From Eledone cirrhosa (lineage: Eukaryota), in assembly GCA_964016885.1 (NCBI GenBank), contig CAXHJY010000746.1:248001-312000 (forward strand): a stretch of DNA of 64,000 nucleotides, in the 5' to 3' direction. Positions 25,151 to 37,604 of the stretch are shown here, in pieces; position 1 is the stretch's first letter; the number at the start of each line of letters is the position of its first letter. The notes below the pieces were generated by a model. It was not told the DNA's origin. It did no database searches and saw only the letters and a list, made by a program, of their open reading frames with translations. The position numbers and the translations under genes were made by a program.

Positions 25151-26243
25151 AACCCTGCGATGGACTGGTGTCTTGTCCAGGAGAGAGTCTTGTACTGTCA
25201 CTCGCTTCAAAGCAGTAAATGAATTTATTTAAAAGTGGACGAGTTTTATCTGGGTGGTGGCATTAGGTGTGGTGTTGTTGATATGAAGGAGCTTGCTTAG
25301 TGGTGAGAGAGTTGCGAGTTCTATTCTTGGACTGGGTGATGTGTTGTGTCCTTGAGCAAGACACTTTATTTCACATTGCTCCATTTGCCAGGAGTTGCGA
25401 CCAGTAGATAGTATCAGCAATGGAAACATTGTTTCCTTGGTCCAATCCACTGATATCACCAGTTCAAAACCCTACCAGAACTAACATACCATCTTTATAG
25501 TGTAACTAATACAATAATACTAGTGATACACTGGGGTCTGTGTTAATTATGTATTATTTATCCTATTTTGTCAAATAAACTTTTTTTTTTTCAGCAATTT
25601 TAATTTTTTTTATAATTTAAAAAAAAAAACATTAAAAAAAAATTTTTTTACAATGATTAAATTTTACGATGAAAATTGCCTTCCATTCGTCTGGGATCGA
25701 TAAACGATAATTAGTATTGTATGGGGTGGTGGGGTTGATTGTAATTGACAATATAATCGAGCAGAGGTAATTGGTAATAAAAAAAAATAAAAAGGTTTCA
25801 TGTCTCCCAACCAAAACCCTGCTTGAAATATATTTTAGTACCAGTTATATGGTGAGGAAGATAGTCTCTTGCCTATATCACCCCACCACCACTATGCATT
25901 GATGTAATAAAACTTTTTATCACTTTCTATGGAAATAACAATAATAATAAACAAAAAAAAAAAATTATATTTTGTTTGTTGTTGTTGTTTGTTCTATTCA
26001 GAGGTGGTGGTCACTTCTGGACGGACTGTGTGTGAGTGTTGGTACAGTTGATATTCGATGTTAATGAGACCAATTTTGAGCCTATTTCTGATGAAATAGG
26101 AAATCATAATGGAACCTTCTATAAAGACTCTTCAGAAAATTGTAAGATTCCTGATTCTATAGCCCCACACCCTCGGGATGAATCGCTGTCGGGTGAAACG
26201 TGTCATAGTTTGACAACATATCAACTCTTTGGTGTTTATTATT

Positions 26244-26282
<39 letters not shown>

Positions 26283-26989
26283 GATAGAGACAGAGATGTA
26301 TATATATAACAGCAACCATTCTCTCTCTGCCTCTTTCTCTCTCCCATACACTTACATAAGGTTAAAAAATTCAACATTGCGGCTCTCTCTAATATATGAA
26401 AAGAAAGGCAATGTTTTAACTGACAAGTAATTAGATAGATACAACGTCGCACACTCATATTATGTGTCTGTATGGCTGACTGTCTGAATACGTAAATAAA
26501 ACACACCCACAAAGGGAGAGAACCAAATGGTAAAATATAGTTATCTCCCTTGAAATTATAATTTTTTTTATAGAATTTTTATTTGTAGTTATTTACGTGA
26601 GTAGGGTTAGGGTTTATCTCATATATATGAGAGAGAGACAAATATATGTATTGCTTAGATACACAGACTGCATTCCTTTCTCTCTGCCAAAGTGAAATTC
26701 TAATCGACACACATCTTGGATTTTTACCGGAGTTAACTCATTACCTTCATCAACAACACCTGTAAAAGGTAAGTACATATATTTAGACGTGATTATTTTT
26801 ATGTCTCTTAGATATTTCCGACGAGACACGTGTTTGTCGTAACAGGATATAGAAAGCTAATTAAGTAATTTAATTTTAATTTTATTTTTAAGAGTATATA
26901 TATTTGTTATTGTTTCTTGGTTTTTTTTTATATATCGATATATCTGCTAGCATGTGTAGTGTGCAAATATATATATGTAAATATATATA

Positions 26990-27036
<47 letters not shown>

Positions 27037-27064
27037 AAATTGAAAAGTAAATTGTCAAAATCTT

Positions 27065-27320
27065 TTCGGTAATTGACAATATCTTTTCGGTAAGAGTTGG
27101 CAGGAGTACCAGGAAGACAGCGAGTTTGGCTTTTACACCTACCCCCTTTCTTCTGATTGCTGAATGCTGAGGCTGGTGCATTACTGCATAAGCTTTTGCA
27201 GTTCTTGCACTTAATTTAGCATCCTGCATTCCATCACTCATGAACACAGCTCCAAGATACTTGAACCTCTCTACCTGCTTCAGTAGAACTTCATTCACAT
27301 GTATATAAATTTGAGGGACT
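27065..27320 (-). mobile_element. RTE-clade LINE RT C-terminal fragment
   Basis: LKQVERFKYLGAVFMSDG...SARTAKAYAVM...GVKAKLAVF (FKYLG motif). Confidence 0.7.
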
Positions 27321-27405
27321 TCTGTCCACCCGTCCATCACACAATGTGTATGTGTGTGTAAAAGGAAGGAAAGGGATACACACATATGTCTAACTTAAAA
27401 ACAGT

Positions 27406-27467
<62 letters not shown>

Positions 27468-27559
27468 TCTCTAATTTAAGAACGCCGACAAACTCGCACG
27501 TGCACATACACACTGTCCTATTACCACTCATGAGCTTTGACCCGGGCAAACATCCCCTC

Positions 27560-27945
27560 AATTTTGAAACCGTCTGGGTTGTCCAGAATTGATGGGAAAA
27601 GACTTCACGGTCTTACTCTATGCTCCTGGTGAAGAGGCAAGTGCCTTACCTGGGACGTCACTGTCAGTGATTCTTTTGCTTCTTCCCACATTCTGGATGC
27701 AGCGGTAAGGGCGAGAGCTACAGCATCCGCAGCTGAATGGAACAAAATCCTAAAATACCGTGTTCTGTCAGCTAACTACAATATCCAGCCTGGGGGAGTC
27801 GGGCTACTGACAGCGAGCTTCTAATCTTCACTGGTGGCTCACCAAACAGAGGTAACTGGTGATTCTCGTGAGGGCACTTGGTTATTCCAGCACCTCAGCC
27901 TCGCCATTACTCCAGGTAACGCTGCGAGCGTGCTGGCCTGCCATA
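27560..27945 (+). mobile_element. CRE-like LINE RLE fragment (shorter copy at 32380-32520)
   Basis: [37 protein letters not shown]...AAEWNKILKY...TGDSREGTWLFQHLSLAITPGNAASVLAC. Confidence 0.75.
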
Positions 27946-29491
27946 AATATTATTAGAGAGGCTTCCCAGTGCTCCTCGCTATATTGCTATCTTTTGCTCT
28001 GGTAGCGGCACGTTTTCCATTCTTTCGTCTGCATATTGTTCTATGGTCTAAGATGTGGGTATTACCTGCTTGTGTATTTTTCTCTTTCTTTTTTTTCCTT
28101 TCACTTTCCTTCGTATAAATTATATTTGTGTTTTCCTTCTAATTATATTAAATGTTTATACAAATGAGTTAAACTGTGTTGTTAATAAATAAATAAAACG
28201 TTATACTTGTTTGACCCTCCCATTTTTAATTCATTGAACAATATGACTATGTGTGTGTTTGTGTAAATGTATATGTGTGAATGTATGTCTGTGAGGGTGT
28301 ATTTTTATAAGGGGTTGTTCTTCCTCTCTTCTTCTCTCTCCTTGTCTGGAAGAAATCAACTGTTGAAACCTGATCAGTGAAGGGCTCCACCAAGCTTCAA
28401 ATGCCCACAGTGGCACCCTTATGACTACATCATAAAAAAAAAAAAATGATCGATGTGTTTATTTTATAAACTGTAACTGATTTATATTTCTGAAAAAAAA
28501 TCCATATGTGTAAATAAAAACAATTTTATAACTTTAATATTTGTTGGATGGTACTTTCATGACAGTTTAAATTATGATTTAAATTTTTTTAAAATCACAT
28601 TTGAAAATACTTTACAACTTTCTTTTCTTTTTGTTCACCCATTTATTTCTGAGAGGGTTGTAGGGGGTAGACTCCTCACACACCCCTTCTAGGTCCTATG
28701 TAGGTCCTATTGTGGTGTACATTTCCTCTATACACTTCACGCCCACAACACCACATCACTCTGCATACACACACCACATCACTACACCACAATACAACCC
28801 CATCCCACACAACAAACACACATCTTGACGCACCACATCCAATACACACACCACAATACATACAAACCAGTTAGTTATACCAACCCAGAATCTTGATTTT
28901 AGTGATTTTTTTTTTTTTTTTTTTTTTTTTTTGTAACAAATCTCAACATCTCAGACCTTACTTAACAAGCGGAGTGGGACTCATCAGATTGGACCAAAGA
29001 AACAATGTTTCCATTGGTCTTTCCAATTGATGATATAATCTACAATCTACCAGTTGTAACTCCTGGCAGATAGAGCAAGGTGAAATAAAGTGTCTTGCTG
29101 AAGGACTTAGCACATCACCTAGTCTAGGAATTGAACTCAGAACCATGTTTTAGTGATAGTGGACAGTAAATGGTGATGATGATGGTCATTTTATTTGATA
29201 GATTGACCAGTTGATCATTTCAGTGGTGTATTATTGCCTTTGTTTTCACAGGCTCCCTTAAAGTCATGAGTAAAAGGTTAGGATCTTGGACTCAATGATA
29301 GATTTGTGAGTTCAATTCCTGGGCTGTCAGCATGTGTCAGCATGTGTTGTACAATAAGACAATATATTTCATGTTGCTTCAGTCCAATCAGCTGTAAAAA
29401 AAAATTAGTTGTGACAACTCTTGTTCCAAGTTATATCGGCCTTTGACTTTCCTTTGGACAACAACATATAGTCTATATATATTCTGTGTAC

Positions 29492-29526
<35 letters not shown>

Positions 29527-29669
29527 CATGGTATGTATTGCTCTTTAGTTCTTAGTGCAGATTGTTTCATCCGGAATATATGACCAGTGATTTCATTTCG
29601 TGACAGCTTGTTGACATCCATGCCAGCTGATTTTGACAGTTTGTGGGTCATTTTGGAATGTGTTCATCT

Positions 29670-30220
29670 TCGGCTAACCTCCTGAGGCGAAAAGGTGGTA
29701 TTTTCGAATATTTAAGCGGCTGCCACGCCGTTCCCGAAGAAAATATCCAAAATGTAAAGCCACTTTAAGACGTGAAATAATCAGATCTAGCGTAGTGTAA
29801 AATTTGAACAAAGTAGGTTGATTAATGTGGTAGCTAGAGCCGAAAAAGTGGAAATTTGAGTCTAAAAGTGGTATATTTTAATATTTAAGCGGCTGACACG
29901 CCGTCCCTGAACAACAAATGCAAAATATAAAGCCATTACAGGATGTGCAATGATAAATTCTATTTTGCTTTAAAATTTGAACGAAATCGGTGGCAAAATG
30001 TGGGAGTTAGAGCCAAAAATCGTATTTTTCGATACCTAAAAAAAAGGTGACCCCCCCCCCCCCATATAGATTTTTATCTGCAGAATGACCCCGGAATGAA
30101 AAAAAAACGATACGCTGAAATATAGAAAACACTCCCCGATGACTAATCTATGAGCCTGTAAAGTTTCACGAAAATCGGTCGTAAGATGTAGGCCCCTATA
30201 GGTAATACACACACACACAT
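29670..30220. mobile_element. Non-autonomous DNA element (DINE-1/Helentron-like or MITE) with an internal ~180-bp duplication
   Basis: Two copies of AAAAGGTGGTAT...ATATTTAAGCGGCTG.CACGCCG, and AAAGTTTCACGAAAATCGGT followed by (CA)n. Confidence 0.4.
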
Positions 30221-30844
30221 AATGTTATATATATACAGATAAATGTGTCTATATATATATATATATATATCTTCTTCATTTGGTTATTATGGCTCTAGAT
30301 ATTGTCTATTGAGCTTCCTTATTGAGAAACACAAAACCCTAAACATATTTGATGTTTTGATTCATTGTTTGTATATATATATATATATTTGTATATATAT
30401 ATGGATCTCAAGAATTTTACCCGCCATATATATATCTATATACATCGTGCAATGTAAAGTCTGAAACAGCTTGTTACCAGTAACGTCACAGCTCATCATC
30501 ATCATTTAACACCCACTTTCCCTGCTAGCAAGGATTGGTCAGGTCTTCACAAACCAGAGTGGAGTCAGGGTCCACATCTCGTTTACATACTGTCCCACAT
30601 TCTCCTGAGTGTATTGTATTGTGGCACCATTACTTCAGATGTTGTCATGTCTTCAACACAACTGAACGGTCCTCCCATCTTTTTGTTTGGCAAATTTTCT
30701 GTGGCTGGGTTCCCTTCCTATCACCAACAACTTAACATCATACACTAGGAGCATTTATGTAGATCCTAAGACTATGGAGGTTGTCATATCCTTAACACAA
30801 CTGAAAGGTCCTCAAACACCTTCTTTGGTAAGCTTTCTATGTAT

Positions 30845-31225
30845 TGGGTAACAGTCTCCAGTGCGGTATTGATTCTCTGTTTGAGCTCCATCTCCCGTTT
30901 GCAGGAAGAGGGAGGACATAGACCAGGCCTTTCACACACCCCCATAGAAAAAAATCGCAAGGTGTCAGGTGAGGTGAGCATGGCGGCCATTTCAACAGCA
31001 CATTGTCTTCATCACCAGCATGCCCGATCCATATCCCTCGCAGATTGTCATTGAGATAAGCCTGCACAGTGAGCTTCCAGTGAGGTGGAGCCACGTCCTG
31101 TTGAAAAATGAAGTCTTCATGTTCATTTGCAATGAGCTGATCCATTAGCCAGTTCTGAAGCATTTGCAGATAAACATGGCCGGTGACTTTTGCCATTCCT
31201 ATGAAATGTGGCCTCATCACTTTGA
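30845..31225 (-). mobile_element. Tc1/mariner-superfamily (rosa/DD41D-like) transposase fragment
   Basis: VTGHVYLQMLQNWL...FIFQQDVAPPHW...WIG...KWPPCSPHLTPCDFFLWGCVKGLVY...ELKQRI. There are 46 residues between the second and third catalytic Asp. Confidence 0.85.
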
Positions 31226-32998
31226 GTGAATGCCATTTCTATACCTGAAAAGATAAACATATGAAACATTTAACATGTAATTATGACCTGTTTCTACACA
31301 TGCTGTTAAAATTTGAAGTCATTTGAACGGGAACTGGCAAAGTTATTAGAGTGCGAAATGATATCAAATTTGTTTCTTTATATTATCACCATTTCCGTTT
31401 AACGACAATTTTTCTATGCTTGCATGGGTTGGACGGGTCGTCTGGCCAGGGTTGTTTGTGTCACACGTTGCTCCGTTCGGTTGTAGGTGTCTAAACAGCC
31501 GGAGCTCAGCCGTCGGGGTCTTGACTGTTCCTTATGACCCTCTATACGACCGTAAATATCGAGTACTCCGGTGCGGTATGGTCCACGTGGTATGATGTAT
31601 ATATAATACATATTCTCTTACCTAGATAACCTAAACCTATAACATGTTTTGCAATAGTTTCCTATCTGATTAGCATTAGGTTCGATCCTACATTTTAATT
31701 TTCAACCCTCTAGCCTTATGGCGCCAATTTAAGTTGTTTTTAAGGTCAGGCAGGTCAGAAATGTTTTATCATTGTTATTACTGTTTAACTGAGACTTTTT
31801 GAAACGAACCTGCACCCACCCTCCATTTACTCAAGCCGACATGACTTAGCCTTGATGAAATAAATAAACGATACGAAAGAAAATACACAACCGTGGTGAG
31901 ACGTGTACACAGATACATATATTTTCCGACACCATCGGCAATTTTCAACAACAACAACAACACCACCATGATGGTAGTTTTGGTGGTGGTGGTGTTTATG
32001 TTGATGGTATGGTGGTGATGTTACACACACTCACATACATACTACAACTGCAAAAATTAAGAAACGGGAAGAGGAGGGTGGTAGGAAAAACTAGTGTCGC
32101 AAAAGAGAGGGTAGAGGTGAAGGGAGAGGATGATGGGGCTTCGGGCGTAAAGGCCTAAGAGCCGTGCCTCTCGGACAATGGCCAGCGACACCCGCTGCAA
32201 CAGCCAGCCAACAACGTTCCGACGTTGTTTTGGAGCTCGGCTGTACGGGGTCGAAGTACGAGTGAGGTGTCGGCGGTGGTGACCTTCCCTCGTATTTGTT
32301 TATTTTCCGTTATTTTTTTTTTTTTGTGAGGCTGGCGTAGAACGTGTCACAAGATGTGATGTCACCATCTCCACAGAGTCGAGCCGCTGACTGCGAGGTT
32401 CCTCTCTTCACTGGCGGCTCGCCTAATAGAGGTAACTGGCGAGGGCGCTTGTTTCTTCCAGCACCTCAGCCTCGCCATCACTCGAGCTAACACTACCAGT
32501 GTGCTGGCTTGCCTCAAATTTTTTTAGAGAGGTTGCCCAGTACCCTTGGCTGCTGTCTTTTGCTCTGGTGTTGGCTCCGTTTTGCACCCCTTCAATTTAT
32601 ACTGTTACTTAAGCATTTGTAGTGTTATGTATATATTTAAAACATATTTATGTTATTCTACTGTAAATTTATTTATATGCTTTGTATATATCATATGTGT
32701 TTATATTTTCACTCCCATTTGTAACGTTATTTAATATATAATAATTGTTTCTACTTTTGGCACAAGGCCGGCAAATATTCAGTGTATTACTGGTACTTTA
32801 TTTAATATATAATAACATTTCAAATTGTAAGATGTAAATAATTGTTCCAAATGTATTTAGTTGATAACAAACTATCAAATTTCTTTTATTCACAGTTGTA
32901 TAAATAATATTAGAAATCGTTTGCAATTCTTTCAGAATGAAAATATAAACAGAGCATATAAATAAATTTACAGTAGAATAACAAATATGTTTTAAATA

Positions 32999-33065
32999 CA
33001 GTGATACCTTGAGATACGAGTGAACCGACATACGAGTTTTTTTTTAGATACGAGCTAGCGCGTGC
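32999..33065 (+). mobile_element. pogo/Tigger-like terminal inverted repeat fragment
   Basis: TA|CAGTGATACCTTGAGATACGAG... resembles Tigger termini. No partner end was identified. Confidence 0.4.
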
Positions 33066-33559
33066 CTGAGAGGGGTGCAGAATTAATTTCACCCGGTGAG
33101 CCCCAACCAAAGTTACACCCGTCGTTTATATCCGTAAAGTGACTAAAGATTAAAACAAATGTAATATATTTACGGTTAGGGTTGAGGCGATACTTGGTTT
33201 TAGTGTCTTAAATTATCATCGACATTCAGTTATTAGCTCCACGCACTACACGACACGTCATCAGCTGCTGCTGCTTGATTTTTACATGTTAATTTTACAC
33301 GAAAAAACATTGAATTTTTAGAATAAATATTTATTAAAATATTAACAGAGAAAATTAGATTTTTGATTTAATTTTTTAACAAAATAAATATTTATTTACA
33401 GTTTTTCACAGAAAAACTATGCTTCATTTTTACATGAATATTTATTTACAGTTTTTAACAGAAAAAATATTGCTGCGAAATACATTTTTTTTTTAACAGA
33501 TTTACAGTTTTTAACAGAAAAAAAAAATTCTTTAAACAATATATTTTTTTACCTGTGCA

Positions 33560-33855
33560 ATTGTATGCGTGATGTATGTAGTGAATGGGTTGAACAAAAT
33601 CTGGCGATACTCGGTGGTCTTGATTCTAACAGAATACGAATAACTGTACAAATTGAGGAGAGCAAATATTTTCATCGTAAATATGCTCGTGGGCTCTGGC
33701 ATGAAGGACATTGTGTCATTGGCGCAATTGATACTAATAATTCCCGCAATATTTTTCTCCATGAAATCCCTGATCAGGCTGCTGAGACTGCTGCCTCTCA
33801 TTGAAAGGCACTGTGCAAATGGATCTATGATCCATACAGATGAGTGGCGGGTATG
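33560..33855 (+). mobile_element. Merlin (IS1016/ISXO2-like) transposase fragment
   Basis: VQIEESKYFHRKYARGLWHEGHCVIGAID...IFLHEIPDQAAET/LLPLIERHCANGSMIHTDEW (one frameshift) matches the VEIDESK..RKYxRG...TLLPII...I.SDxW pattern. Confidence 0.8.
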
Positions 33856-34917
33856 CACAAAAATACAGATCCATAAACATTTATGTGTGTGGATCTATGT
33901 ATATAGATAGGTAGATGGACAAGGGTGTCCTCACATAGGAGGTTTCCCGGTTGTTGTAATGATAGACTCCAGTTCTATCCCGAAAAACTTGAAATGAAGC
34001 AACTGGCTTATTAATGCAATGTGCTGCCAGACCTAGGGTTTGATGTTATGTTTATGAGTGCAGCACACTAACCATTGAAGCCCCACCATCACATACTGAA
34101 CCTACATTAGAACACTACCACACACTACAGTACTACCAGACACTATAACACTGCCATACTACACTACCACCATCACACTACATCACCACCAACACCACCA
34201 TTCTATATATTCAGATATATCATATCTACCCCACCTTTAACCCTGGCCCTTTATAACCCCTAAAATCTCTATTTCAGATATATCGTCATTCCTACGTTAC
34301 CTCTAAATATGTAACTGCTTCACCACGGCCGTTGTTGTCCCTAATGAAGGACTGGGCTCTGCTACGCAACAGCAATGTACCAGATGGTTTTGAGAAATAC
34401 TTCCCTGGAGCTAAGGAGACCCTGCCACGAAAAGAGGCCCGACCCAGTGGTGCCAAACCATAAGGTATGCTTAATCTCTCTCTCTCTTCTAGACACTTCT
34501 ATAAGGTCATATAATTGAACAGTGTCATTTCTAAAATGTGAAAAGAAAGGCAATGTTTTCAGTGACATAATTAGAAAGATATAGATACAACGCCGCACAC
34601 TCATATCATATATATATATAAAACTGTGTGTGCCTCTCCTCATTTTTGCAAAGTCTATACAAATCCACATTTCTACTCTGATTGGCTTCAAACTTGCATT
34701 TATATATTCCTTGTGGTCTAAAGATATTAACTGCAGCTTTTATTTTTCAATTTTCTGTTTTTAAAGAGGTGTTAGGCACCAGTTATCGATCTCCATCGTG
34801 CCCTTATAATATCTGTTTGTATGTCTGGCTGTCTGCATAACGACATTATGATCCATGACGTCAGCAATGACGTTAATCTTCGCCACATTCACACACACAC
34901 GCGCGCATGCGCAGATA

Positions 34918-34969
<52 letters not shown>

Positions 34970-35499
34970 TATGTACGTATGTATGTATGTACGTATGTAT
35001 GTGAGTTTCAGAAGATCCCGTTAAGGGTGAAAGCAGCGATTCTTTGCTTAAACTTTAATCTGTTATTTTAATAAATATATATATATATATATCATAATTG
35101 AATATAAAAGAAAAACGAACACAGATATATACATGTGTTCAAATAGTAAGGCATGAGATTCGCTAAGGTGAAAAGAATACTAACTATAGACAATTTAAGA
35201 ATAAATCAATAAAATAAATACAAACTTGGCTGCTATCTTTAGTGGTGGGAGTTTGTGAGACACGCTAAGTTCAGATACCATGTGCGTTATATATACGCAC
35301 ACTATTCAGTTTTTTAATATACTTAGAAATGTCCATGATAATAATTCTTCATCCACTGATGAGCAAGAATTGGTATTCCTCTTCACAATTAATTTTGCGA
35401 AACAGCATTACCAAAGGTGTCTGGGTGATTGGTACTTACCACAATTCCGGTTTGTATTTCTTTTCTTGATTTATTCTTAAATTGAGTCTGGCAAACCCT

Positions 35500-36305
35500 A
35501 TTGTCTCTAGTTAGTATTCTTTTCACCTTAGCGAAGCTGAACCCGGTGGTCAAACGGATCGGTCCCACCCGTGACAGCAGTCGTTCGACATAGCCCCACA
35601 GATAGGCAATGCGCGAGCACTGTACAATGCGTGTGCAACTGTTTCCTCGTCGCACCCGCATCTGGGACAGATCTTTTTCGAGGGGTCTCTACCAGGGCGC
35701 CCGTGTCTGTAGAGCCTTTCTCGAACGGGCAGAGCCCCTCGGTGGCACTGCCAGGCCAGGGACCTCTGGAAGTTATCCATAGGTCCCGGGCTGAATGTCC
35801 TACCGAACAGGTTGGCCAGTTCGTTTTCCTCCATGCCTAGGGCTTCTCCGAGGGTGTTGCCGCACCTGCTAACCACCAGCCCTCTATAGAATGACGAGTT
35901 GGATTCTCCACTGACAGCCGGGTCCGCCTGCCAGAGAGCCGTGAGCGCCTGGGCACACTCGGTGTGCCAGGCGCCCAATTTTCTCGGTCTTTGCTTGACC
36001 CAGGATTGCAGCTCGGTGAGTGAGACGAGTCTGGGAAAGGCTCGCCTCACAAACGGGGCCCACACCGGTTGACCGGTGATGAATACCTGGAGGTGCCGTA
36101 GCCTTAATGCGTGTTTACGCATCACCAGCCACGGCATCTCAGCCCTCCTTTCGAAGGGTGTTGACAGCAGATGGATCTCCTCACCATAGGAGCCCGCTTC
36201 TTCCAAAGGAATTGGAAGAGTGTGCGCTCCATTTTGGAGAGCGTTTCCCTTGGGCAAGGCACGACGGTCAGGCGGTAGTAGATGTGTTCGCCACCTCCGC
36301 CCGAC
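35500..36305 (-). mobile_element. L1/Tx1-clade LINE ORF2 fragment (post-RT region and zinc-knuckle)
   Basis: IYYRLTVVPCP...LFQFLWKKRAPMVRRSICCQHPSKGGL, AWQCHRGALPVRERLYRHG and CPRCGCDEETVAHAL. GC-rich relative to the flanks. Confidence 0.85.
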
Positions 36306-36439
36306 GACGGCATTAACAACTCCAACTTCTGCAGCAGTGGCTCTAGTTATTACATACAGAAGGGAGGAGAGAGGGCAGGGCACCCTTGTCGGATGGACCG
36401 CGCGATTTCGAACGGCTCCGAGAGGTAGCCGTTCACCTT

Positions 36440-37604
36440 GACAAGAGCAGAAGTGCGTGCCTGCCTGCCTTAAGTCGTCCATGTTGTGGCTCCAGGTGAA
36501 GAGTTTGTACCTGAGCACAAATATGCGTGCTCATTTGCATGGTGACATGTCTGCAGCATTTGGTGAGAATATTTTAGCACTTTGTGAGGGCAAGGTCCCT
36601 GCGGATGACAAAGGCGGAATAGCAATCGACTCCCTGTGCAACATTGTGAGCAGCCCTTCTGACCTTTTGGAAGCAGTTTTTCCTAATGTCTCATCTAACT
36701 TTAAAAACCTCGATTAGCTCAGCGAAAGAGCCATCCTTGCTCGGAAAAATACCATGGTTAATTTTATTAACGAGCAGCTGATTGAGAAGATTCCCGCTAA
36801 AGAACACGTCTTCAAATCTATCGACCTGGCGTCAGACCCCGACGATATCGTTAATTATCCGGTTGAGTTATTAAATTCCCTTGAGCCCCCAGGGCTCCCA
36901 CCTCTTATTCTTAAGCTTAGGCTGTCCCATTATGCTAATAAGGAACTTGCGTCCACCAAAGCAGTGCAACGGTACTCGCATGGTCAAGTCAGTGACGCTC
37001 CACTTGATTGAGGCCACCGTTGTAACGGGGTGCTGGAGAGAGGAGAATGTTTTCATTCCAAGGATGAACCTTTGCCCCTCGGCGTCAGATATCCCGTTCG
37101 ATTTCCGGCGAGACCATTTTTTTTTTTTTCCAAGTCCATTAACAAGTCACAAGGGCAAACATTGTTGGTGGCGGTCATCCATTTGGGGGAGCCATGCTTC
37201 TCCCATGGCCAACTTTGTTGCCAGTTTCCGCGTATGGAGCAGGAATGGACTTTTTGCTTACACTCCTCAAGAGATGACACGCAATATCGTCTACTATGAA
37301 GTGCTATAGATGTTTGAGTTATGCCGTCTGGAAAACTGGTTGGGTCACCCATAGCGGACAGATCTGACACGCAGCGGCACCAGGGCCACCATCTTGCAAC
37401 TTTGTTCTACTAAATTCGCTATTGGAAGATTATTAAGCCATCATTGATTGTCCAAAATGCTAATTGGTTTGTAACTATTAATAACCGGTTCAACTGCTTT
37501 ATGCACTTAATTGATAAGATTATGCGCTTTCAAGCTACGTTTACCTGTATGTAACTTTTCATAGCAAATGAACAAACCCGAGTAACGCCGGGCTAAACTG
37601 CTAG
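36440..37604 (+). mobile_element. Helitron: PIF1-like helicase C-terminal pseudogene plus canonical 3' terminus
   Basis: CLKSSMLW...LSTNMR, ERAILARKN, YPVELLNSLEPPGLPP, GCPIMLIRNL, CNGTR, VFIPRM, INKSQGQTL, PCFSHGQL and TRNIVYYEVL*. A 3' hairpin CCCGAGTAACGCCGGG is followed by CTAG|T at 37601-37604. Confidence 0.9.

Noticed and set aside
26002-26281. Alternative terminal SphK coding exon
   Set aside because: The kinase C5 region and stop are already complete at 22653, and the peptide shows no recognisable homology.
35550-36518. 322-aa ORF as a host gene
   Set aside because: It is a chimeric read-through across a frameshifted Tx1 fragment and the antisense Helitron helicase remnant.
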